From contig PBFJ01000014.1 in NCBI GenBank assembly GCA_002718715.1, positions 12,447 through 76,446 of the forward strand: a DNA stretch of 64,000 nucleotides, in the 5' to 3' direction. Both the position numbers and the translations under genes were made by a program. The notes under the pieces were generated by a model that made no database searches, was not told the DNA's origin, and saw only the letters and a program-made list of their open reading frames with translations. Shown piece by piece: positions 16,638 through 26,264 of the stretch; positions within the stretch are counted from its first letter, which is position 1, and each line of letters begins with the position of its first letter. This stretch comes from a bacterium (GTDB lineage: Bacteria; Patescibacteriota; Gracilibacteria; UBA1369; GCA-2718715).

Positions 16638-18104
16638 TTATTTAGCTTTTAAAAATTTTATATCAATTAAGCCATCTAATCTAGTTTTTAATGAAAAATC
16701 TTTTGACAAAGCATAGTAATTTTGATTTTCAAAAAGAGGAATTCCTAGCCTTTTTTGGTTTACAAGCTCAGCTAAAGTTTGGAGTTTTTGGATCTTTTGG
16801 TTTTCATCTTCAATAGATTTTAACTCTTCTAAAATTTGATCTATTTTGGAATTTGAATATTGGCTAAAATTTAAGTTAGAATCACTTTTTGCAAATGCAT
16901 TGTAAAAGCTTGTTCCATCTGCAAAATCTGCTTTAAATCCAAACATAATCAAATCAAAATCCGCTAATTTTTCTTGATTGTATTCTGCAAATTCTAAGGG
17001 TTGAATTAGAACGTTTAAATTTAAAGTTTGGAATAATTCATTTAAAAATATTTTAAATTTAGAGAATGGTGCTGGAATTGCTAAACTAATTTCTTTACCT
17101 TGAAGTTTTTTAATCTTAGCTGAATCTTTAAGATCTTTTAAACTTTGAAGTTCAAAATCAATATTGGGATTGTATCCAAATACACCTTTAGCTAGGAACT
17201 GATTGGTGTTTTTCCCCATTTTGGAAGTTAAAACTTCAAAATCAATTGATTTAAATATTTGATAAAAGGTATCTTGAAAAGATTTATCTTTAGCAAGTTT
17301 AGATCCGTAATTAAAAAGAATAAAATTACTTGATTGATCTGAATTATTTAAGAGTTGAAATTTTTCAGAATTTAAAATTTGGGTTTCAGGAGAAATTCCA
17401 TAAAGTGCAACTACTTGATTTTCAAGATTGGCATACTCGATTCTTTTAGCAAATTCGGGAATTGCAAGTAAGTCTAGAAATTTAAAATCTGGTTGAGTTG
17501 AATGGTAATTTTGATTGATTTCTAATGCAATTTTATTATCACTTTGTTCAACAAACTTATAATACCCTGTTCCATTTGGAGCGATCTCTAAATTGTCTAT
17601 TTTTTGGAATTTAGCAATTGGAATCAAAGTAAATTTATGAAAAACAAAAGGATCTTCTTGATTTAAATTTAATCTAAAAGTTAGATCGTCAATTACCTCT
17701 ATGGACTTAAAAGTGCTTAAAATTTCCGATAAATTGCTTTGAGTTTTAAGAACTTCAAAAATATCCTTGATACTTCGAGAAGTTAAATCGGCATCATTAT
17801 GAAACTTCACATTTGGTTTTAATTTAAACTCAACTGTTAGAGGATCAATTTTCCCATAAGAAGTTGCTAAAACTGGAAGTAAATTTAAATTTTGATCATA
17901 GGAAATCAAACTTTCGTAAATGTAATTTAATCGAGAAGTATTAAAATCTGAATAAGTATATGGATTTAAAGAATTTAAAGGAGAATCGTAGACAATTTGG
18001 ATCTTAGAAGGTTGGGAAAAAAATTGTAAATAAATTACAGCTACTAAAACTATTAAAATAAGGATTGGAGCTGTAAAAATTTTAAGATTATCTTTAAATG
18101 CCAT
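16638..18104 (-). CDS. ABC transporter substrate-binding protein, family 5 (peptide/nickel type), with no adjacent permease
   Basis: SLNP...IYESLISYD..L.PVLA...FKLKPNVKFHN; PNGTGYY. Confidence 0.85.
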   Translation of the reverse strand: MAFKDNLKIFTAPILILIVLVAVIYLQFFSQPSKIQIVYDSPLNSLNPYTYSDFNTSRLNYIYESLISYDQNLNLLPVLATSYGKIDPLTVEFKLKPNVKFHNDADLTSRSIKDIFEVLKTQSNLSEILSTFKSIEVIDDLTFRLNLNQEDPFVFHKFTLIPIAKFQKIDNLEIAPNGTGYYKFVEQSDNKIALEINQNYHSTQPDFKFLDLLAIPEFAKRIEYANLENQVVALYGISPETQILNSEKFQLLNNSDQSSNFILFNYGSKLAKDKSFQDTFYQIFKSIDFEVLTSKMGKNTNQFLAKGVFGYNPNIDFELQSLKDLKDSAKIKKLQGKEISLAIPAPFSKFKIFLNELFQTLNLNVLIQPLEFAEYNQEKLADFDLIMFGFKADFADGTSFYNAFAKSDSNLNFSQYSNSKIDQILEELKSIEDENQKIQKLQTLAELVNQKRLGIPLFENQNYYALSKDFSLKTRLDGLIDIKFLKAK

Positions 18105-18112
18105 TATTAAAT

Positions 18113-18961
18113 TTAATTAGAAATTTGTTTTTCATAGGCAATAATCGTGTTTTCAATTAGGCAAGCAACAGTCATTGGTCCGGCCCCGCCTGGAACTTTG
18201 GAAATGTATGAAACTTTATCTTTTACATTTTCAAAATCAATATCACCTTTAATTCCATTTTCGTCTTTATAAAATCCAACGTCAATAATTACAGCTTGAT
18301 CTTTAACCATATCTTTTTTGATTAAATTTGGAACTCCTGTAGCTGAAATTAAAATGTCGGCTTTTAAGGTTTCGGCTTTAAGGTCACTAGTGTATACATT
18401 GCAAACTGTAATCGTAGCATCTCTGTTTAAAAGCATAACTGCTAAAGGTTTTCCAACAATGTTAGAGTGTCCAACAACTGTAACATGTTTTCCTTTAATT
18501 GGAATTTGATAATGCTCTAGCATTTTAATTACACCTTTTGGAGTGCATGGAGCCATTTCTTCTAAGTCTTTATTTGTAAAAACATGGCCAACATTAAAAG
18601 GATGAAAGCCGTCTACGTCTTTATCGGGGTCAATTGCATCAATAATTTTTTCTGGATTTTCAACAGGTAATGGTAATTGCACTAAAATTCCATGTACGGT
18701 GTTATCATAATTTAATTTTTCAACTTCGTTTACAATTTGAGCTGTTGATAGATCCTGGCTTAAATTTAAAACTTCAGTTAAAAGTCCGACTTTGGCTGCG
18801 GATTTTTGTTTTTGTTTAATATAACTAATACTTGCTGGATTGTCTCCAACCATAACCATTACTAGCTTTGGTGGAATGGTATTTTGATTATAAGAGTCTA
18901 TTTTAGATTTTAAGTCATCTAAAATTTGTTTTGATAAACTACGACCGTCTAGAATTTTCAA
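18113..18961 (-). CDS. folD: Bifunctional methylenetetrahydrofolate dehydrogenase/cyclohydrolase
   Basis: HGILVQLPLP, KDVDGFHP, PCTPKG, VGHSNIVGKP, VPGGAGPMT; TTG start. Confidence 0.97.
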   Translation of the reverse strand: MKILDGRSLSKQILDDLKSKIDSYNQNTIPPKLVMVMVGDNPASISYIKQKQKSAAKVGLLTEVLNLSQDLSTAQIVNEVEKLNYDNTVHGILVQLPLPVENPEKIIDAIDPDKDVDGFHPFNVGHVFTNKDLEEMAPCTPKGVIKMLEHYQIPIKGKHVTVVGHSNIVGKPLAVMLLNRDATITVCNVYTSDLKAETLKADILISATGVPNLIKKDMVKDQAVIIDVGFYKDENGIKGDIDFENVKDKVSYISKVPGGAGPMTVACLIENTIIAYEKQISN

Positions 18962-19529
18962 GTTTTTGAGAGATTAAATTACGAAGCAAGTTTTGAGTAT
19001 CTATCATATCTTCTTGCCTTTGGATTATATTCCAATTTAGCTTATCTGCCAAATTTAACAATGTATTTTTAACATTATCAACAAGTTGATTATCATTTTC
19101 ATGAATATGGCCTTCTTCAATTGAATCCATGGATCTTTGACCATCAATTAAAATCGCTACGTCTTCTTGGAGAAGTTTAGAATTTATACTTTCTAGAAAT
19201 TCTAAATCTTCTCCTTTAGAGCTACCCCAGGCCAAAGCAGTACCAGTGTAGTCTTCTGCGATTATCAAATCATATTCCGATAGCATATTTTTGAGTGTAG
19301 GTTGGAATTGATATCTATTGATTGCAAACCACATTTGCAGCTCAGTTTCAGTGATAGTTTGAACTTTTGACCTTAAAGAAGTATGTAAAAAAACTCCAGA
19401 TGGTGTAATGTCATAGATTGGAAATTTTAAATACTTAGCTTTAAGTCCAATCGAATTGTAGTAATTCACCAGCATTTTGGCTTGGGTTGATTTTCCAATA
19501 TTATTTATTCCATATAAAGTTACAAACAT
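18939..19529 (-). CDS. tmk: Thymidylate kinase (divergent)
   Basis: P-loop GINNIGKSTQAKML, FP motif, FAINRYQ; next to dut. Confidence 0.8.
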   Translation of the reverse strand: MFVTLYGINNIGKSTQAKMLVNYYNSIGLKAKYLKFPIYDITPSGVFLHTSLRSKVQTITETELQMWFAINRYQFQPTLKNMLSEYDLIIAEDYTGTALAWGSSKGEDLEFLESINSKLLQEDVAILIDGQRSMDSIEEGHIHENDNQLVDNVKNTLLNLADKLNWNIIQRQEDMIDTQNLLRNLISQKLENSRRS

Positions 19530-19554
19530 TTTTCTTAGGTTAAATTAATTGTGT

Positions 19555-19989
19555 TTATCCTGTAGATCCAAATCCTCCCCTGTTTTGGTCCTGGGGATTA
19601 AATTCTACAAAATTTGCTTTAAGAACTGGTAAAAAAATTCCTTGCGCAATACGATCTAATTTTGAAATTACGATATCTTGATCTGTAAAGTTGTAGACCT
19701 GCAATAAAATTTCATCGGTTTGGCCGCAATAATCTTGATCAATAACTCCAATTGCATGCGGTTTTAAAAGTCCTTTTTTGCGAGGTGTTGAAGATCTAGA
19801 TACAACTGCCAGCATGTATCCATCTGGAACTTTACAAATTAGATTACTTGGGATCAAGGCAATTTCTTTGGGTTTGACAACTGTTTCTTGTCTAGCATAA
19901 AGATCAAAACCAACGCTGCCTGAAGTTTCGTATTTGGGCATTGGTAGAGTTTTGTCTACTAGAGAAATTTGAACGTTAGGATTTTGCAT
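19555..19989 (-). CDS. dut: dUTP diphosphatase
   Basis: GSVGFDL, SRSS, GVIDQDYCG, DRIAQG, RGGFGSTG. Confidence 0.96.
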   Translation of the reverse strand: MQNPNVQISLVDKTLPMPKYETSGSVGFDLYARQETVVKPKEIALIPSNLICKVPDGYMLAVVSRSSTPRKKGLLKPHAIGVIDQDYCGQTDEILLQVYNFTDQDIVISKLDRIAQGIFLPVLKANFVEFNPQDQNRGGFGSTG

Positions 19990-20908
19990 TTTCTTCTATT
20001 TTAAAGGCTTGATCAAGTGCATGAATAGCAACTTCAACTTGTGAAGCATCTGGTTGTTTGGTTGTAAGTCTTTGAAAGGCTAAACCTGGAACTGAAATTA
20101 ATTTGAACATCCAGGTGTGGGAGTATTTACCGGCAAGCTTTAAAATTTCATATGAAAACCCTACTAAAAGCGGTAGAGCTAAAATTCTAGAACCTAGATT
20201 CACCCAAAAGCTTGGGTTTTTAGGAATGAATGTATAAAAAAGTACTGAAAATAAAAATACAAAAACCAAAAATGAAGTTCCGCATCTTGGATGCAGGGTA
20301 GTTTGATTTTGAACATTTTTAACTGTTAAATCTAAGTCTTTTTCATAGGCATGAACGGCCATGTGCTCTGCACCATGAAACTGAAAAACTCTTCTAAGTG
20401 AACTAGATAAAGTTAAAAGTGTAACATATAAAGCGAAGATAGAAATTTTCACTAAAGAATCAATAAAATTAAACAGGACATAATTTTCGGAAACTGAAAC
20501 AAAATTATTAGATAAAATTTCACTGCTTAAAAGTGGAATATATTTAAACAAAAACATTGCAAAAACAAAACTGAAAATCACTGAGAAAATTTGTAAAGTC
20601 GAATGTAAAATTTTTTCAAATTTACTAGCATTTTCTTTGGGTTCTTCATCTAATCCAATGTCTACAGAGTAGTTAATAGCCTTAGTTCCAAGCTTTGTCA
20701 TTTCTACTAAATTAATCATTCCTCTTAGAATTGGTAGATTTAGAAATTTATATCTTTGAGTAAGAGTTTTGTATGGAAAACTCATATTTTGAATTTGTTT
20801 TTTGGGATCTCTAACCGAAATTGAAACTGCATTTGGGGTTCGCATCATCACTCCTTCAAAAACTGCTTGGCCTCCAACTGCTAAATCTTGATACTTTTCT
20901 TTTGCCAT
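19976..20908 (-). CDS. DUF1385 domain membrane protein
   Basis: VGGQAVFEGVMM, VFQFHGAEH, HPRCGTSF, QRLTTKQP; start probably the ATG at 20908 (ORF track uses 20929). Confidence 0.92.
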   Translation of the reverse strand: MAKEKYQDLAVGGQAVFEGVMMRTPNAVSISVRDPKKQIQNMSFPYKTLTQRYKFLNLPILRGMINLVEMTKLGTKAINYSVDIGLDEEPKENASKFEKILHSTLQIFSVIFSFVFAMFLFKYIPLLSSEILSNNFVSVSENYVLFNFIDSLVKISIFALYVTLLTLSSSLRRVFQFHGAEHMAVHAYEKDLDLTVKNVQNQTTLHPRCGTSFLVFVFLFSVLFYTFIPKNPSFWVNLGSRILALPLLVGFSYEILKLAGKYSHTWMFKLISVPGLAFQRLTTKQPDASQVEVAIHALDQAFKIEENAKS

Positions 20909-20949
20909 AAATTTGCTTATAATTTTCATACACTATAACAATTCCCCCT

Positions 20950-21675
20950 ATGGAATTCAACTTGCTATTTTTGGGTGAACATGAATCAAGCCAGACCGAT
21001 AGAATTTATCATATAGCAAATCACACAAGTTCTGTGGCTTTAATAACTGACTTTAAAAACCATTATGTTTTACTTGATACCGGTTCAGTGTGGGCTCAGG
21101 ATAAATTACTAGAAAAACTAAAAGATTTAAATGTTAAACCAGAGCAAATTACGCATTTAGCATTGACTCATGGACACTTAGACCATGTTGGAAACATAGG
21201 ACTTTTTAAAAACGCTTTAGTGCATATTCATGCTTGTCATATGGATAGTAAGACAGGATTAACTTCTCTTTACAAAGATATGCATGAAAAACCACTTCCG
21301 TTTGGAATTGAAGTTTTTCCATCAAGGGGTCACACCTACGAACATGTAAGTTATTTCTTTGAATACGAAGGACTTCGATATTGCTTTGCAGGAGATGCGG
21401 TTCGCGAAAATCATTTTACGGATAAAGTGCCAGAATATTATTCTATGGAACGTAGATTAAGATATTTAGATTCAGCAAGGCATATATTTGAAAGCTGTGA
21501 TGTAATCATCCCTGGACACTTTGGAGTAATTGAGGGTGAACAGAAAACTTTTTTGTATAAAAATCTTTTAAAACAAGAAGAAGAGATTTTAAAAAGGCTC
21601 TCCATATATGATAAATTCAAATATAGAAAGCTCTTAAAAGAAATTTATTACAGAAGAAAATTCCTACAAAATTAG
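20950..21675 (+). CDS. Metallo-beta-lactamase-fold hydrolase
   Basis: LLDTG, THGHLDHVGN, GHT, AGD, IIPGH. Confidence 0.9.
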   Translation: MEFNLLFLGEHESSQTDRIYHIANHTSSVALITDFKNHYVLLDTGSVWAQDKLLEKLKDLNVKPEQITHLALTHGHLDHVGNIGLFKNALVHIHACHMDSKTGLTSLYKDMHEKPLPFGIEVFPSRGHTYEHVSYFFEYEGLRYCFAGDAVRENHFTDKVPEYYSMERRLRYLDSARHIFESCDVIIPGHFGVIEGEQKTFLYKNLLKQEEEILKRLSIYDKFKYRKLLKEIYYRRKFLQN

Positions 21676-22004
21676 TCTTTTCTTTTTATATAATATAAAA
21701 CTGGTAGACCAATTAATAATGCAGATAAAGACCAAGCATATTCGTATTTAACATCTGTTTCTAGTCTTTCGGTGGCTCGTTTGAATTCTCGTTCTTCGCA
21801 TTCGCTTATTTCTTGCGGCGTAAGTATTCTTGTGTTTTCATCCGGATATCTTGAATTTTCACATTGATAATAGTCAACATTTCTTGGAGGTAACTCTAGC
21901 AATTCGTGAGATATAAGATTGTAAGCTAAATTAACTGAACTAAAAAAAACTGTTATGCTTAAAACTAAAACAAACAGATCTTGGAATAAATCTTTAAATT
22001 TCAT
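21672..22004 (-). CDS. Small 2-TM membrane protein with an extracellular Cys pair
   Basis: Hydrophobic N- and C-termini; C...C in the loop. Confidence 0.65.
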   Translation of the reverse strand: MKFKDLFQDLFVLVLSITVFFSSVNLAYNLISHELLELPPRNVDYYQCENSRYPDENTRILTPQEISECEEREFKRATERLETDVKYEYAWSLSALLIGLPVLYYIKRKD

Positions 22005-22034
22005 AATTTTGGGTTATAGATAGATAATACAAAA

Positions 22035-22058
22035 AAAAGCTGGGATTTTCCAGCTTTT
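22035..22058 (-). terminator. Terminator after rplA
   Basis: AAAAGCTGG-GATTTT-CCAGCTTTT with A8 on the left (U tract on the minus strand). Confidence 0.8.
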
Positions 22059-22062
22059 AAAT

Positions 22063-22755
22063 TTATTTAAGTTCTGCGACATCAAGTTGAATACTTGGTC
22101 CCATAGAAGTTGTAAGGTAAATGGATTTAAGGTATTGACCTTTAGCACCTTCTGGTTTGTTTTTCTTAACTCCAGTAATTAAATCTAAGATATTTGCTTC
22201 TAATTTTTCTGAACCGAAAGAAACTTTACCAACAATATTGTGAGTTGAACCAAATTTATCAGTTCTAACTTCAATTTGTCCTCCCATAAGATTTCCAATT
22301 GCTTCTACTACATTTTGGGCAACTGTTCCATTTTTTGGAGTAGGCATTTTTCTTGCTTGTCCTAATTGTTTTGCAATCTTACCAAGATTTTTCATTACAG
22401 ATGGATGAGCAACAGCTAAATCGAAATCCATAAATCCTCCAGAGATTTTTGCAACTAAGTCTTCAAGACCAGCTTCAATAGCTCCAGCTTTTTTAGCTTC
22501 AGCAACCATTTCATCAGGTACAAAAGCTACGATTTTAACTTTTTTACCAGTTCCATTAGGAAGTAAAGTTGTAAATCTTAGAATTTGATCAGCGTGTTTT
22601 GGATCTAATCCAGTATTAATATGAGCTTCTACTGAAGCATCAAATTTTACTTTTGAAGTTTGTGGAAGTAATTCCAAAGCTTCTTTTAGACTGTAAAAAT
22701 CTTTAGTTACAAGACTTTTAGCAGCTAACATGTTTTTACTTGTTTTATTTGCCAT
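22063..22755 (-). CDS. rplA: 50S ribosomal protein L1
   Basis: KFDASVEAH, LPNGTGK, MPTPKNGTV, TTSMGPSI; true start is the ATG at 22755, not the GTG at 22803. Confidence 0.97.
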   Translation of the reverse strand: MANKTSKNMLAAKSLVTKDFYSLKEALELLPQTSKVKFDASVEAHINTGLDPKHADQILRFTTLLPNGTGKKVKIVAFVPDEMVAEAKKAGAIEAGLEDLVAKISGGFMDFDLAVAHPSVMKNLGKIAKQLGQARKMPTPKNGTVAQNVVEAIGNLMGGQIEVRTDKFGSTHNIVGKVSFGSEKLEANILDLITGVKKNKPEGAKGQYLKSIYLTTSMGPSIQLDVAELK

Positions 22756-22769
22756 TTTAATTTTGGTTA

Positions 22770-22803
22770 GTGGTACGAGCCTGACCAAGTTAGTCAGTCC
22801 CAC
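22770..22803 (-). promoter_or_regulatory. Putative L1 autoregulatory mRNA leader
   Basis: GUGG-GA-CUGAC[UAACUUG]GUCAG-GCUCGUA-CCAC two-helix structure with an asymmetric internal loop, between the promoter and the rplA start. Confidence 0.6.
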
Positions 22804-22810
22804 GTTTGCT

Positions 22811-22838
22811 ATTATATAGAGTTTTTGCTTTTTTGCAA
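22811..22838 (-). promoter_or_regulatory. sigma70-type promoter of rplA
   Basis: TTGCAA-16 bp-TATAAT on the minus strand. Confidence 0.75.
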
Positions 22839-22864
22839 GCTGTTTTTAGCTTAATTTAAATACT

Positions 22865-22889
22865 AAAAAAACCTCCGGAGTGGAGGTTT
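22865..22889 (-). terminator. Terminator between rplK and rplA
   Basis: AAACCTCC-ACTCC-GGAGGTTTTTTT on the minus strand. Confidence 0.8.
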
Positions 22890-22895
22890 ATATAT

Positions 22896-23327
22896 TTAGT
22901 CTAAATCTGGAGTTTCAATTCCCATTCTTTTGGCTGTTCCAGCAATAATTTTTACTGCAGCTTCAAGTGTATTAGCATTTAAATCAGGCATTTTAGCTTT
23001 AGCTACGTTTTCAAGTTGTTCTACTGTAATTGAACCAACTTTATCCTTTTGAGGAACTCCTGAACCTTTTTTAAGACCAAGTTCTTTTTTAATTAAGAAA
23101 GAAGCTGGTGGAGTTTTACAAATGAAAGAGAAAGATCTATCAGTGTAAACTGTAATTTCTACTGGGATAATTTCACCCATTTTATCACGAGTTTTATCGT
23201 TGAACTGAGTACAAAAATCTTGAATTGGAATACCGTGTTGACCAAGTGCAGGACCTACTGGAGGTGCTGGATTAGCTTTACCAGCTTGGATTTGCAACTT
23301 GATGACAGTTTGAATTTCTTTGTTCAT
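22896..23327 (-). CDS. rplK: 50S ribosomal protein L11
   Basis: [36 protein letters not shown]. Confidence 0.98.
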   Translation of the reverse strand: MNKEIQTVIKLQIQAGKANPAPPVGPALGQHGIPIQDFCTQFNDKTRDKMGEIIPVEITVYTDRSFSFICKTPPASFLIKKELGLKKGSGVPQKDKVGSITVEQLENVAKAKMPDLNANTLEAAVKIIAGTAKRMGIETPDLD

Positions 23328-23404
23328 CTTAAGTTTTTAATTTTAAGTAAGCTGATTTTACAGTATCATGCTAAATAAAGTCAAGAGAATAAATAGATAA
23401 ATAT

Positions 23405-24187
23405 CTAAAGAAGGATTTCGTAGAAACCTTTGAAGCTCTCATGGATGTCTTTATGGTATGAAAAACAATAGATTTTTTGATTGTCCATAATAACTAAACT
23501 CACAAAAAAAGGTTTAGATGGATTGTTAATATAAAAAGACTCTTGGAATTGATTGTTTTTATTAATTTGGATTCCTTCATATGATTTTGTAACAGCTTGT
23601 AAAAGAGTATAAAAATAATCAGCTTTTTGAGAGTCTTCAAAAGTAATTTCTGTACCTTTGGCCATTAAACTATTTTGCTTAGTGTACTTATAATTTTTGA
23701 ATGACTGAAAATCCTCTTTTGATAAATCGATCGTGTCAAAAATCAAGGTTTGATTTTCATCTAAAGAAATTTCTAAGTCTTGAATATCGATAGAGGCAAA
23801 ATATTTTATAAGTTTAGACTCAACTTCTTGTGTTTTTGAAAGTGAAACTTCTTCTTGTGATGAGTCTTCTTGATCTGAACTTTTTAAAAAGTCTTTAAAA
23901 AATTCGGTGTTAAAACTTACCTCTTGGGATTCCTGGTTTAAATTTAAAGATTCTGAATCCTGGGAGATTTGAGAATCATTATTTTTTTGCTCTAAAGCTT
24001 GCTCTTGGAAATCTTGAACTTGAGAGCCTTGAGGCTCTGAAGTTTTAGAGTTTGAGGTTTGAAAGAAAGCTGAATTGGCTTGCAGTTGATTAGCTGGAGC
24101 CGATGGAGCTGTATTGAACTGGCTTTCTAGCAAAATTGTGATTGAAAAGAAGGCAAATATTGCCAAGAAAATTGTACTTTTGTGCAT
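23405..24187 (-). CDS. Hypothetical membrane-anchored/secreted protein between nusG and rplK
   Basis: N-terminal hydrophobic segment, S/Q-rich linker. Confidence 0.7.
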   Translation of the reverse strand: MHKSTIFLAIFAFFSITILLESQFNTAPSAPANQLQANSAFFQTSNSKTSEPQGSQVQDFQEQALEQKNNDSQISQDSESLNLNQESQEVSFNTEFFKDFLKSSDQEDSSQEEVSLSKTQEVESKLIKYFASIDIQDLEISLDENQTLIFDTIDLSKEDFQSFKNYKYTKQNSLMAKGTEITFEDSQKADYFYTLLQAVTKSYEGIQINKNNQFQESFYINNPSKPFFVSLVIMDNQKIYCFSYHKDIHESFKGFYEILL

Positions 24188-24222
24188 GTTTTTTCTTTAT
24201 TATAAAAAAAAATTCAAAGAAA

Positions 24223-24245
24223 AAAAAGGCTTGATGAGCCTTTTT
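24223..24245 (-). terminator. Terminator after nusG
   Basis: AAAAAGGCT-TGATG-AGCCTTTTT. Confidence 0.75.
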
Positions 24246-24270
24246 GAATATTTTTGCTGAAAAAATAAAA

Positions 24271-24816
24271 TTATTTCTTTTTAACTTGGTTAAAATCAAG
24301 TTCAACAGGAGTTTCTCTTCCGAACATTGAAATAAGAACAACAACCTTACCTTTATCTTGTTCAATTTTTTCAATTTCACCTTCGTAATTTTGAAAGGGA
24401 CCTTCAAGAACAGTAACTTGATCACCTTCTTCAACAGAAATTTGGAATTTTGCATCTTTTTTACCCATATGTTTTTCTACAATTTGCCATTCTTCTACTG
24501 ATACTGGTACAGGAATTGTTCCAGATCCAACGAAACCAGTTACATTTGGAGTATTTCTAACCATAAACCAAGAATCATCGTTTACATCCATTTTCACACA
24601 AACGTAACCTGGGAAAATTACCTTTTCTACTTCTTTAGGCTCCCCTTTTTTCATTACAATTTGTTTTTCTTTTGGAACAACTACATCAAAAATGTAATCT
24701 TGCATATTCATAGTGTCGATTCTTTGTAGTAAGGCTTCTCTTACTGCATCTTCGTATCCAGAATAGGTGTGAATCACATACCAATTTGTTCCTGTGTTTT
24801 GAGCTTGTCTAGACAT
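24271..24816 (-). CDS. nusG: Transcription termination/antitermination factor NusG
   Basis: WYVIHTYSGYE, FPGYV, VRNTPNVTGFVG, KOW region, MFGRETPVELDF. Confidence 0.98.
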   Translation of the reverse strand: MSRQAQNTGTNWYVIHTYSGYEDAVREALLQRIDTMNMQDYIFDVVVPKEKQIVMKKGEPKEVEKVIFPGYVCVKMDVNDDSWFMVRNTPNVTGFVGSGTIPVPVSVEEWQIVEKHMGKKDAKFQISVEEGDQVTVLEGPFQNYEGEIEKIEQDKGKVVVLISMFGRETPVELDFNQVKKK

Positions 24817-24838
24817 TTATATAAAATTAATTTTTGAA

Positions 24839-25159
24839 TTATTCAGCAGAAGCTTCTAGAGCGTCTGTTGATACTGGGTTAATTTGAATTGCACTTGAAT
24901 CAATTTCGTTACCGTCTTGATCTGTTAACTTGATTGCAGATGTATCAATTTGGGGTTGAATTGGAGCTACAGCTTGAGATTTAGGAGAAATATCAATTAG
25001 ATAGTTGTAGAATTCTTTAAATCCACCATCTACTACTGTTAGAAAACCAGTTGCGATAACTGTAAACACAACTGTTAATACAGTTATTGAAATGGCATGA
25101 TTTTTAGTCGGCCAAGTTACTTTTTCTAATTCTTTGTAACTATCTTTAAGAAATTTCAT
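24839..25159 (-). CDS. secE: Preprotein translocase subunit SecE with C-terminal extension
   Basis: ELEKVTWPT plus TM; immediately upstream of nusG. Confidence 0.93.
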   Translation of the reverse strand: MKFLKDSYKELEKVTWPTKNHAISITVLTVVFTVIATGFLTVVDGGFKEFYNYLIDISPKSQAVAPIQPQIDTSAIKLTDQDGNEIDSSAIQINPVSTDALEASAE

Positions 25160-25331
25160 GGGGTTTGATTTAAATTTAAATACCTTTAAAAAGCAGGTCT
25201 TTTTTTTATATATTATTAGAATTCACCAAAATTGCAAGCAAAAAATCAATTTCTTAAAGCTTAATTTATGCTGGTAATTAAATTGCAGAAAAATTATAAT
25301 TAGTGTATAATTATAGGAATTAAATGTATTT

Positions 25332-26255
25332 ATGAAATTTTTAAAGAAATTAGTAATTTTAGTTGGTGTTTTATTAATGGGTTTGAATCTAGCTTTTGCC
25401 GAGGAAGTTAATGAAATTCCTGCAAGACCTTTTTTACCAATTAATAACGAAGCTTTTGAGGAAGATTTTGTGAATATTTCAGATACCGAAAAGGAAGATT
25501 TCTTTGGTAAGTCTAGTATTTTACTAAAAGATGTAACTTTTATTATTCAACTATTAATTGGAGCCTTAGCTAGTATACTGACCATATCTTCTGTTTTATC
25601 TATGCTTACTGCTGGTATGGATAGTGAGGAAGGCATGACGAAATTAAAAGATACTATATTATATATAGTAATGGGTATTGGTCTTGTTTTCTTAGCTGGA
25701 GAAATTGGATCTTTATTAAGTCTGCAAAAAGGTGGGGTTATTGGATCTAAAACGGATGTGCTAAAAAGAGTTCAAATTTTTGATCAAAATGTAGAAGTGT
25801 TGATTGCTCTGATAAGATATACTTTAGCCGGACTTGCCGTTTTATTTATAACAATTTCAGGAGTTAAAATGGTAGCTGGGGCTGGAAGCGAAGAAGATGC
25901 AGCTAAAGAAAAATCTTACATTACTTATGCAGCAATGGGTTTGATATTATTTTTAATCTTCGACAATATATTAGGTAACATAATATATAGTATAGGTTCG
26001 CCTTTTACGGATCCGACTATTTCACCAAGCGGAGCTAAGATGGAGCTAATTGGATTTACTAATTTGGTAGTTTCCTTTGTAGGACCGGTTGCAATACTTT
26101 CAACTGTAATTGGTGGAGTTATGTATGCCTCAAGCGGATTTGATGAAGAACAAGCTGCGAAAGCCAAAAGAATGATTGGAGTTTCTTTAGCTGGAATTAT
26201 CTTAATCTATGCGGCTTATAGTATTATTGCAACTGTAGTTGCTGGACAATTTTAA
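25332..26255 (+). CDS. Signal peptide plus three tandem VirB2/TrbC-like (CPR pilin) units
   Basis: Three TM-[G..m..ag..ee...kak..i..a..G]-TM hairpins. Confidence 0.75.
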   Translation: MKFLKKLVILVGVLLMGLNLAFAEEVNEIPARPFLPINNEAFEEDFVNISDTEKEDFFGKSSILLKDVTFIIQLLIGALASILTISSVLSMLTAGMDSEEGMTKLKDTILYIVMGIGLVFLAGEIGSLLSLQKGGVIGSKTDVLKRVQIFDQNVEVLIALIRYTLAGLAVLFITISGVKMVAGAGSEEDAAKEKSYITYAAMGLILFLIFDNILGNIIYSIGSPFTDPTISPSGAKMELIGFTNLVVSFVGPVAILSTVIGGVMYASSGFDEEQAAKAKRMIGVSLAGIILIYAAYSIIATVVAGQF

Positions 26256-26264
26256 CCTTTAAAT

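Noticed and set aside
22756..22803. N-terminal extension of RplA from the GTG at 22803
   Set aside because: This is the structured 5' leader just downstream of the promoter; L1 homology starts at the ATG at 22755.
25160..25331. Expected tRNA-Trp or rpmG upstream of secE
   Set aside because: Only AT-rich divergent promoter sequence; no cloverleaf and no L33 ORF.
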